DNA of 64,000 nucleotides from Octopus sinensis (taxonomy: Eukaryota), in NCBI RefSeq assembly GCF_006345805.1, contig NC_042998.1:74462001-74526000 (forward strand), written 5' to 3'. The notes under the pieces are model-generated. The model ran no database searches and was not told the origin of the DNA. It was given only the letters and a program-made list of their open reading frames with translations. The position numbers and the translations under genes were made by a program. Shown here piece by piece: positions 53,222 through 64,000 of the stretch (positions within the stretch are counted from its first letter, which is position 1; every line of letters starts with the position of its first letter).

Positions 53222-54849
53222 TTAATAACAGAGCAGATTTCGTAAGATATTTTTGTTCCTTACTCGGCTAGTTAACTAAGACCAAGAAGAATAGCATCTG
53301 AACCTCATAAGTTGAAGTTTGACAGTGATGAAGTGTGTGGAAGCGGTAACATGTACATATAGGTGGAGAATTCTTATACAGAACCTTGCATTGTAATAGC
53401 ACAAGGTATTTGACCGCTGATTGATAATCATGAACGGAAGGAGTGTTTATCAACTAATTCCTGCACGACAGAGCAGCCCCGTTCAGGAAGAAAACTCTTT
53501 ATTCCAAATAGGGAAGGGTCTAGAAAATGTAACCCAGTTTTATTCATTCAATCAATGATTTAGATAAGTCGTCACGTTAGGTCATTCCAAGTCGAAAAAA
53601 TAAATAATACAACCTAAGACTGGAAATATAGAACTGATAATCTCTGGTGGATTGATATGGCATCTTTGATGATCCTTCTAGAAAATGTCCTACTTTCTGA
53701 TGAGTTAAGGCACTATAACATTGACATTGCTGCCCGGTTTGAAGCCAAATTTCAGTCAGAGTAAATGCACTAGCAGAGTAAAAACACATATTAAAGAGCT
53801 AATACATCGCTAAACATTACTTACAATTTTTTATGTACTGAGTAAATGCAATTACTAAACATTATTTGAAGGTTTTATTTGCAAGTGAATACGTCGTATT
53901 TCACTAGCAATGCTAAAGAAATTCAGATACAAAATAAATAAATAAATGAAAATAAAATATAAAATAAATAAAAAAAACATGGACATTTTTAGAAATCTTG
54001 AAAAAGAAGAACAATGTATGGACGGTGCGATAAAATTCCAACATCGTAACAAGATAGTGCCGCGAGGATTCAACAGGTTGTCAATAATTATCAAAATCAC
54101 AAAATATTGCATTATCTAAGCGGCATTGTTCATATTTTGTTTTCTTAAAATGTTATAAAATCTTAGCATTTCTTTTTGTTAATCTATATTTAAGTCACAC
54201 TGGTTTTCTTTAAATTGTGTGAATTAGATATTAACATTTCTTTTTATGTCGTTAATTTTTGTTCATTGAAAATGAAATGCAGTTTTTAATCTGCAAACAA
54301 AAGCTTGAAATAATGTTTACCGATGTAGTTACTCTCCACACAAAAAAAAAAAAAAGCATGAGAGAGCGAATTTACTGATCGCGAAGTGGCATGTGATGCA
54401 ATGACTTTGTTATGAAAATTATCAAACAATGCATCTGTCTCGATGTAATTAATTACACGTAATGAGCTCAACGGAAATCGTGCGTGAGTGAAGAATAGCT
54501 GCGTGATAGCACCAGTATTCTTTGACATATTCTCCCTATTTATTCAGACTTCTCCAAAACGAAAAATCTGAAAGGATGTGACAATGGACTTCAAACTAGA
54601 AGGCAACCTCAATAACGTTAAGAGACTCGAACCCCCCCCCCCACCAAACTCTATAGATATTGTGTCCTGGAGCCGTGGTGTGAAGATGACAGTGCTATTG
54701 TAATATATACTGGAGAAAATCATCACACTGGCCATCTTGTGGCGATGAGAATAGGAGTAACGACAGGATAGGAATAACAGTAATAACCCCCGCAATAAAA
54801 ATGGTATGCCATTGGATGATCTGTTTTCTTTTCAATGTTGCTGGTGGAC

Positions 54850-55130
54850 AGCCGTTAGTAATGCCATCTTTCAAATACCTGGGATATATTCTCTCCGGAA
54901 ATGACTGCATTGATGATTTCATCCAAGATCGTATAAACCGTTTGTCGACTACCTTTGGGAAACTTCAATGCAGATTTCCAGAACATGACTTTCTATTCTT
55001 CAACAAAGGTCGCTGTATGCCAAGCGTACTCTTCTATAGCTGTGAAGATGGGGAATTCCGTGTCGTGGGCATACACCTCACACTGCAGTACTTGCAAAGA
55101 GCAGCTGCGAAAGTATAGAGACCAGGATAA
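54850..55130 (+). mobile_element. RTE (BovB-like) RT C-terminal fragment
   Basis: SFKYLGYILSGNDCIDDFIQDRINRLSTTFGKLQ..STKVAV..SVLFYSCE across frameshifts. Confidence 0.8.
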
Positions 55131-55472
55131 TCCATGTATGTATGTATGTATGTATGTATGTATGTATGTATGTATGTATGTATGTATGTATGTATGTATG
55201 CGTGCATGCAGGGATGTACGTATGTATGTACATATGTACGGGTCTATGCTTGTATGCTTGTGTGTATGTATGTATGTATGTATGTGTGTGTATGTATGCA
55301 TGTGTGTGTCTATAAGTATGTATGCATGCGTGCATGTATGAACGTATGTATGCATGCGTGTGTGTATGAAAGTATGTATGTATGCATGCATATGTGTATG
55401 TATGTATGAAACTATGTATGTATGTATGCATACATGCCTAGGAAAGAGAACCCAGGTTCGTAATTTCCCCAA

Positions 55473-55518
55473 GACACCTGGTGAAGGCTGGAGAATATAT
55501 CAGCCGAAACGTTGTGTT
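55473..55518 (+). ncRNA. Minimal type I hammerhead motif (A6G lesion) in a Penelope-like tail
   Basis: Stem I GACAC/GTGTT; CTGGTGA+A; stem II GGCTG/CAGCC; GAAA; palindromic ACGT stem III; GUU site. Confidence 0.65.
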
Positions 55519-55924
55519 AATAACAAACATGAGGACAAATATCCGTCAAATGTAAATAATATAAATAATGTATTTAGCGATATGTAACACTATTTGGTTT
55601 CTCAAGAAGATTTTTCTTTTTTGCCTTAACTTGGTTTAACAAAACCAAAAATTATATTGAAATAAAGGCATGCTCAATTATTTTTTAATGAAAAGAAAAT
55701 ACTGATTGCTTTAAATTCAGCAGATATGATTCAGCACCGTCCATTGGACGGGGTGCGTTTTGCTCGTATATATATATATATATATATACATGCACATATG
55801 CACACACACACACGCGCGCGCACACATATGCATATTATAAATGTCAGGAACAAAAGAAAAGAGCAAAACACTAATGACAAGTTTAACGAATATAAGTATT
55901 AGTTTAAAGCTTAAAAGAGTCAAG

Positions 55925-55960
55925 TCTTAACGTCTCGGACGTTTGTGCTTCATCAGAAGA
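55925..55960 (-). ncRNA. Minimal type I hammerhead motif (A14G lesion) in a Penelope-like tail
   Basis: Stem I TCTT/AAGA; CTGATGA+A; stem II GCAC/GTCC (3 of 4); GAGA; ACGT; GUU site. Confidence 0.55.
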
Positions 55961-56052
55961 TCGTAAGAGGATCGAGAAAGAGGAGAGTGGTTGTGAAGGA
56001 AAGAAAAGAACTGAGGGGATAAGAGCACCTACTGAGAATGCGGTTCTCTTGA

Positions 56053-56106
<54 letters not shown>

Positions 56107-57474
56107 GGGAGAGAGAGTGTGTGTGTGTGTGTGGTGTGTATCTGTCTAATAAGATGAATACAAGGGTGAAGTAATGTGTGTATGTGCACAGAGGTGAGTA
56201 AGTGCGGGCGTATAGTATCTTGACTAAGTAGAGGCATGTGTGTGTGTGTGTGTGTGTGTGATGATATTGGGTATGTCTGCGAGGAAAGCGTATAAGTGAG
56301 AAGATGGGAGTGGACGTGAGTTTGAGTTAAAAGGGAAGGCTAGAGAATTGTAGACGGTATGTTCGAAGTGTATACAAGGGTGTGGTTGCGAGATGTTATA
56401 TGGAAGGAAAGCGTGAACCAAGGAATGGAAGAGGGAGAAAAGGAGGGATTTCAGGCAGAGAAGAGAAGGGAGAAAAAGAAGAGAAGAATGACAGGAAAAT
56501 TGGGGGAAAATTATTACAATACAATACTAACACAAAGAAATATTTTTGTTTTTAAATATATGCTTATGTATATACATCCAAATATATACATACTCACACA
56601 CACATGCACACACAAATATAAACACTCCTCTCGCTTTCTACTTGTACATATATGTATATATATGTATGTATATATGAGTGTATGTATACAAATAAACATA
56701 TAAGTATGCATGTTCATGTAAGCAGGCATACACATAATATTATAATTATATGAACATTGCAATTGTCTGTGAAGAAAGGAAGAAAAGATGTTGCAATAGC
56801 ATGTCCATTGTGGAAATAGCTCCGATTTATAAGAAAGAAACTGTGTTAGGCAATATATAAAGTCGTCAATGTTACTGGTGTTATGGAGTACGCATTAGAT
56901 TTGTTTATTTTGTTGGCAATTATAAAGCTGCAACAAGAAAGGGGGTTTTAATTTAGTCACTTTCAAAAGACGGTAATTGATCGACGCAACACGTTAAACC
57001 GCATAGCCCTTAGCTATATATGACGGCGGGAAGAAGAGACAGAGTAAGTTTCGAACACAGGCAATTAATAATTCGTTTATATGGGTAATATCAAACTTTA
57101 TGTACGAGACATAAAGTCTGGACTTTTCCTAAATAGCTGTTATTGGAGAGAATTCTCACAAGATTAGTTATATTTCTGCATGGAACTGACAACACAAAGG
57201 AATTTACGCAAAAAATGATATGAGAAATACCGAAGCATGAAAACATGTAGCAGCCATTGCCAATTTCCTGAAATTACTTCTGCCAGTCTTTAAGCCTCTC
57301 TGTCATAAAACTGTATTCTCTTTCATGAAATTTAACTTAAATCATAGTTATTTCTGACGTGTTCAGTCTAACCTAGCTTACGTAAATAAAAACGCTTGTT
57401 TTATACATACATACATAATACATACAAACATACACACGCACACACACGCGCACGCGCGCGCGCACACACACACG

Positions 57475-57536
<62 letters not shown>

Positions 57537-59165
57537 ACATCTTTATTTAACAGTACCAGTAACGTAGTTGTTTCCCCAGACTAGGAAATTGGCAGGCAAT
57601 TTTCAGAATGTGCTGTTTAATCACTAATTTAAAACATTATTTAACTTGCTTTACCTGAAATAATGAAATGATACAGCTTTATGCAACATATAATATGAGA
57701 ATAATGATTTGGATAGGTTGTATATATCAATTATATCAATAAATTTCATACAAGTTTGTGGAATTCACTTTGCACATAAAATTCACCCAAATTCCCATAT
57801 TACCATTAATCATTGTCTTAGATAGTTAAATTTATTAGGACCGACGATAAAAGGAAATGGATGTCTTCAGCCACAAGGGAGAGTACGGCACCTAAATTTT
57901 GTTTAAACGTCTTTCAAATTACATGACGTTCGTAGTCAATAGCGACATATTGATAAGAATTCATTATTTGGGCAATTGTTGTAGAGCCAATTCGAAGCAT
58001 TCAACGAAACAGAATTTTATTATCGATTGAAATTATTCTCAAGATGTTCCGTTCAGACAGATTATGAGTAAATTAACCTTGCTTTTACTCTAAAGCATAT
58101 TTAATATTCATAAAGGCACATTAATGTAGCCTCTGGAGACATATCAGGAACTAAATACATTGTGCTCTCCAGCATTCGTCTTCAGATATATAATTACGGC
58201 GTCACCTTAACTATATATACATGCTTTACTGAAATGATCTTTTGTTATGAAATTTGTAATATATGATAAGAAAACTTTTACCATATTTTAATACAATGCT
58301 GTATAAAAGGTAGTTTGACTATTGAAAAGTGACACTAACTAAATAACAATAAAACTACCATGTTATACTAAAAGAAAATGAGAATAAACGGAAAGTCTTT
58401 CAGGTGTAAGCAACAGGGACGCTGAATATCCTGACTGAGAATGAGGATTTGAAACCTGGAAGCAGAAGGGAAATAGATTTCAGTTGATGACGAAGTTTTA
58501 AACAAAATAACATTTTTTAAATATTTTGGAAGGGAAAACGATATTGATTTATGACGCGTTACAATAAAGTAATAAGAATTCGTAGAAAGGATGGATATTA
58601 GATAGAAATGCAGAAAACTAGAACAATCGATTATAATTTAGAAAAATAAAGAATACAAATGAAGAGAACTAGAATTTATTTTTTAGAAAATACCGAGAGG
58701 AATATATTTCCTGCTTGCCCCTGGTATTGATTGAAATCGAAAACAGTGGTATGCTCACCATCAAAAGAAAAAGATACTAGAACTTCCTCTCTACCCTGGG
58801 CAGAAAAGGATAGCGTATATTCTCAGTTTTCTCAGTTTTGTTCGCAGTTCAATGTATTTCGTTATAGCCATCATAGAGGAAAAATGCTTGCGTTTCCCAC
58901 CGAAAGGATGAGAAAAGTGTAATCTTCACAAGGGACCCTGCTTATGACCAGGTCCGTTCTAAGGAAAAAAAAGTGAAAACAAACGCTCAATGTTGAATAA
59001 GAAGTCGACTATGTCTAACATAATTTTTCAAGACTCATTGCACTCTGTAAGTACAAAATCCAATAGCATCACCGAATCTCGAAGTAAAATTTACAATAAG
59101 TACAACTGAAATCTATTTCATAGCTCATTTTACTGAATTATAAACGCAATATATTGTTTATAATG

Positions 59166-59303
59166 ATTTCAAATTTTGTCAGGGCCAGCAACCTCGACGG
59201 AAAGTCGATTACATCGACCCTAGTGCTCAACTGGCACTTATTTTATCGACCCCTAAAAGGATGAAAGGCAATATTGACCTCGGCGGAATTTGAACTCAGA
59301 ACG
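59166..59303 (-). mobile_element. SINE family 1, 5'-truncated
   Basis: Reverse-complement body up to the B-box. Confidence 0.85.
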
Positions 59304-60694
59304 CATATTGTTCATAGTAACAAATAATAATGTATGATCGTGGCCAACTTGTAAAGACATAAATAAAGCAAAACAAACCAGAGGAAAGGCTCAGTGCCAT
59401 TGATGTGTCACGTGTAACACGTGAGTCACAAGGGTGTTTTTTTTTTTTTCCAGAAAGTGAAACCGTAACAGAAAGTAAACATTTCCCACTGCTAGAATCA
59501 TTCAAAATCAAGAAAAAAACCCACCAGAAATTGATATACGAAAGAGCAATACCGGGAAGTGTAAGATATTTTCTTCAACAACGCAAAGTAAAGATGACTT
59601 TAAGAATTGCCATGTAGAAGGTTAAATTGTTCAATTACTTTGAAATGGCTGTATTATATATCTGTTCATTTCCTTGAATAGAGACACATAATTTTGTCAT
59701 TATTCATTACTTCCGTTCATTAATACCCAAGACCTAGAATGGTTTCAGCAGTTTAATAATTGAGACCAGTGCGAAATATCCAGTATTGAAAAATGTCCGT
59801 GAGAAGGCATTGAATAATTAAAGTATTATGTCACATTGTTGATTTCCAAATATTTTTGTCGATTTCCTATTAATCGCTAGCATTTTACTCTGTAAGTATC
59901 GATTATTAGGGTCCAGCCAAACATAGAAGAATGCGTGTATGACAACAACTAAATCTGAAAACAATCCTGGGATGTGTGAGTGTGCACAATAAAGAAAATC
60001 CAGGAAGCGGAAATAGATAAACTGATACAAATGGTACAATAAAATGTAAGGGCTGATGATTATACATAAATACAGATACATCTTCACAATACACAAATAC
60101 GGATAAACTCTCGCAACACAAAAAAAACACGCGACCTCTTACATAACAACATAACAGAAAGATAACACTCAAAAGGAAAACTCCTCATACAAAGTAAAAA
60201 CATATGGAAAAAAATTATGAAAAACCGAGGACGGCAGGATTACGAGAGCCAACGAAAGAAGCCATTTTACAACCAATCACAGCAAAATGTCTTTTATGTC
60301 ACACAATATTATAACTAAAAGAAAACATATCAAAACAAGTCATCAATAAAAATAATATACGAACTGCAGTATCTAATTGCCAGAGACGTAGTTCCTATGT
60401 TACTGATAATCGAACATCGCCAGGGAATACTAGCAAAGTCTGACCAAGCCCTCACGCAAGCAAACTAAGTTGCCTCAGCAATATCGATGCAAACTGGTTT
60501 CAGTCCCAACAGAGTAAGTTACCAATCACTTAAAACAGTAGAAATATACAAAATTGACATCAAAGATAATGTACATAGCCTTACTCGGCGAAATCAGATA
60601 TAAAAGTAAATAAAGAAGATAAAAACAATCCCAAACCGAGCAAATATTTATAAAATGAAATATTAGGAAAATAGAGCCCGAACAGGAAGTGGAA

Positions 60695-60910
60695 GTGAAG
60701 GCGCGTGGCCAAGTGATTAGTGCGTTGAACTCACAATCACAACATCATGGTTTCGATTTCCGAACTGGACGTTGCTTTTTAGTTCTTGAAGAAAGCATTT
60801 AATTTTACGATACTTCAGCCCACTCGGTTGTAAATGAGTCACCAGTTCAGTGGGAATGTTGTAGCTCTAGCCCCTCATACGTCATGGAAGCCGGGTAACC
60901 GGGCCTATGA
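60695..60910 (+). mobile_element. SINE family 3, decayed
   Basis: GTGAAGGCGCGTGGCCAAGTG head, GGTTTCGATTTCC B-box-like motif. Confidence 0.7.
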
Positions 60911-61584
60911 TGTAAAAGACTCGAGCCGGTACTTATTTTTCACAGGTAGTGGCAAAAACTAAAGCAGCTTTTTTTTTAGTAAAAACGTGGTCGATAAAGT
61001 AATTTCATAAACTTGGTCGATTTTCTTCCAACACATAAATGAAAGAAATGCGAAATATATTTCTATCAAGACATTCAAATGTTATTGTAGAAAACATTTA
61101 ATCCAATATGAATCCAATTAAATCCGATATTAATCTAATATAAATCCAATTACAAAGGAAAACACGTGAAACTAAATATGATAAAGATGCACAAGGAAAA
61201 AGCAAGGAAAAAGCAGAATGCACAAACGTGTTCTAGCATAACTAGAGTTACAGCAACAAGATTTAATGAATTATTAATACAAAGACTAGAATCAACAGTC
61301 GATGGCTTTCTGGAGAGGAAAACCATGTTTATTGTTTGAGCAACAATAAATACAACACCAGGAACCACTGAAACTTTAAAGCTGTTTATCAACAAAATAT
61401 CTCCCAACAGACCAGTTGCTCATCTGGAATATTATAATACCTATCAAGAGGAAGTAAACGGTATAGAAAAAGTATGTATGTAGAAAAAGAATAAACTTAG
61501 CTAAACCGAATAGTTATTGAAGATAAGGAAAATAGGAACAAAAATCTGAGCATGGCATAGATTATTATCTTCAACAATATGTTA

Positions 61585-61680
61585 TATTCTAGTATTACGG
61601 TCAACGCACCACACAATCTGATATTAGGAACAATATACAGAAGTAGGCTCAATACAGAGACACTAATCGATTACACAGCA
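61585..61680 (+). mobile_element. Possible LINE APE-endonuclease fragment
   Basis: SITVNAPHNLILGTIYRS resembles the APE ..IG.IYRPP motif within an A-rich tract. Confidence 0.3.
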
Positions 61681-62100
61681 AAATAAAGAGAAGATGATCA
61701 AACAAGTCTGGTCTAGAGACAAAGAGGAATTGTTGAGAGCGATTCTTTATGTTAATTACTCTTGTATCTTGACTGAACCTATTTATGGTTATATATGCTG
61801 TAGATAGACTACCTACCATTGTTTTCTATGTGCACAATTTAAAATCATATACAAAAGAAAAGTTGAAAATCTGCTATATTTATATGCTGATGGATGTGTA
61901 TGGGATGAAACAAATATGCCAAGGCTGGCCTATGAGTGGTGAGGTTGGCTGGGAAATATATAAAAGAATGCAGAAGATTCAGTCTGTGTATTAACAAACT
62001 GACATCAGTGCTAGGTATAAGATTATAGGTAGAAATATACTAACATTTCGCGTGTGTAACATCAGTATAATAAATGGAATTTTAATCTAAACTTACAAGT

Positions 62101-62248
62101 TGGTTCTGTGTAGTGAGAAGCTTGCTTCCCAACCACATGGTTCCGGGTTTAGTCCTAAAGCGTGGCACCTTGTGCAAGTGGCTTCTACTTTAGCCTCGAG
62201 CCCACCAAAACCTTGAGAGTGGAATTGATAGACAGGAATTGAAAGAAG

Positions 62249-62251
<3 letters not shown>
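62101..62251 (+). mobile_element. SINE family 2, 5' half
   Basis: CCAACCACATGGTTCCGGGTTTAGTCC..GGCACCTTGTGCAAGTG. Confidence 0.85.
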
Positions 62252-62292
<41 letters not shown>

Positions 62293-62299
62293 GGAATTT

Positions 62300-64000
62300 A
62301 CAAAAAAACCCAACAAAAGACGAAGACAGGTGTGTAAACAACAAACAGGTGTATTAGTTTAACGCTCAGGAGGTGAGAAAGTCTTTTATGTTTCGAGCCT
62401 ACGCTCTTCAACTGAAAGGAACACAAGAAAATAAACAGAGAGAACAAAAAAAAAAGCTTTAGCGGTTAGCGGTCAGTCATGGCGGCTAGTTGGGTGGAGG
62501 TGGTCAGACAGGAAGAAGGGGAGATAATAAAGTAGTGGTGATCCCAAAACAAAGGTGCGCGCGCGTTAGTATATGAGAGTGTGTAAGTGTGCATGTAGAT
62601 AGGGGCTGATGACCTTGACGCGTGGATGTGTGCGTGTGTAGGTGTGTGGATGATAGTGTGGGTGCTGGGAAGTGGTCAGTGCTAGTGTGTGTGGGGTGGT
62701 GTGATGTGTGATGTGTGTGGTGTTGCATGATGTGGTGTGGGTGCTGGGAAGTGGTCAGTGCTAGTGTGTGCGGAATGGTGCGATGTGGTGTATTGTGATG
62801 TGTGGTGTATTGTGTTGTGGTTTTGTGGTTGTGTAGTGTGGTGGTGTGATGATGTGTAGTGTCTTGTGTTGTGGTGGTGTGGAGTGGTGTAGTGGTGTGT
62901 GGTGTGGTGATGTTGGGGTGAGGGTGGGGAGTGGGATGTGAGGGTGAGGTGTGGGTTTGAGGTGAAGATGTATGGGTAGGGTGGGTATGTGGGAGTGGGC
63001 TGTGTGGGTGTGGTGGGGGTGTGAGGTTGTGGGAGTGGAATATGTGAGGGTGGAGTGGGTGGTGGGATTAGGATGTATTGGGATGTGTAGGGGTTGGGGT
63101 GTGGATAGAGGGGGTAATGATGAAGGGAGAAGGGGAAGGGAGAAGATGGAAGAGAGAAGGTGGGTAGGAATGAAGAGAAGAAGTAGGTGTCAGGGCAAGA
63201 GAGGAGAGGAGAGATGGGTAGGAGTGAAGAGAGGAAGTAGGTGTGAGATGAAGAGCGAAGAGAGAAGATTAATTCCTGTCCACGGCGAAGGCGAGAGTCT
63301 GGATGGCCCCTGTTCAAGGACAATCCAAACACAGACAGATGTTGTGATGAATGACCGGTAGAGCGAAAATGGCGCGAAACCGGGGTGTCGTTGCCGAGTC
63401 TAATGTCTCGGAGGTGTTCCATGAACCGGTCAGCCAAGCGGTGTCCCGTTTGATCGATGTACAGAGAAGAACAGAAAGAGCAGGCGATACAGTAAAAGAT
63501 GTTGCTAGAAGTGCATGTAAAAGAGTCAGTGATATAATAGGGACGATGATGGGTGCCTGTGAGGATAGTGGTTAGAGAGGCAGGGTGGTAGGTGAGGGTA
63601 ACGGCGGGGCGGGTGCGGGGGGAGAGAGCAGATGCACGGTCCACGGAAGCAAATATAGGACACAGGATATCGTTCCTACAATTGTTGGCTGATTTCGCAA
63701 ACACATGCGCACACACAGACACAGACACACAAGCACACACACACACACACACACACATGCCACACTATACCATACACAGACGCGCACATAGACATACAGG
63801 CGCACACACAGCAAACAAAAATATGTATAAATAGATATACATACATGCATACATACTCGCACACACACAGTCACACACACACACACACACTTATAGATAT
63901 CAGTATATATGATAGGGACGATGATGGGTGCCTGTGAGAATGGTGGTTGGATAGGTAGGGGCAAGTGCGGCAGCGTCGGTGGGATCAGGGGAACGGGCCA
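62300..64000 (-). mobile_element. Penelope-like retroelement 3' portion with GIY-YIG endonuclease remnant (63255-63578)
   Basis: FTCTSSNIFYCIACSFCSSLYIDQTGHRLADRFMEHL..PVSRHF..GH....RGQELIF. Upstream Cys-rich piece *SHRRCRTCPYL at 63900-64000; terminal region 62300-62480. YIG has become YID, the catalytic Glu appears replaced by Gly, and the terminal GLN motif is absent. Confidence 0.9.

Noticed and set aside
62380-62415. TTGAAGAGCGTAGGCTCGAAAC as a hammerhead in the PLE terminal region
   Set aside because: C3 is lost, the stem II register is ambiguous and stem I is unsupported. It is probably a remnant but was not counted.

Overview
AT-rich, microsatellite-dense eukaryotic DNA whose SINE, LINE and MITE content looks like an Octopus genome (inferred from repeat families, not searched). 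There is one 100-N scaffold gap at 28326-28425. I cannot support any intact host gene or RNA gene, and most ORF-track entries are translated microsatellites. The window is mainly decayed mobile elements: three tRNA-derived SINE families; RTE, CR1/L2-type and RLE (R4/Dong-like) LINE fragments; a full-length but dead DD34D mariner; a dead Tc1-type element with DD36E spacing; mariner-type and piggyBac-type MITEs; a Helitron-like piece; and several Penelope-like (PLE) remnants, one with a GIY-YIG domain. Three things stand out. (1) At least eight hammerhead-ribozyme-like motifs, most of them minimal type I folds with palindromic stem III, several inside inverted duplications, including an 85-bp palindrome centred exactly on such a stem III. 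(2) A same-orientation train of RLE retrotransposon 3' ends sitting in (TACA)n arrays at 33-41 kb, suggesting TACA-microsatellite targeting. (3) A DD36E (Incomer-like) transposon in a mollusc, carrying a templated insertion. A few weak promoter and exon candidates are flagged at low confidence.
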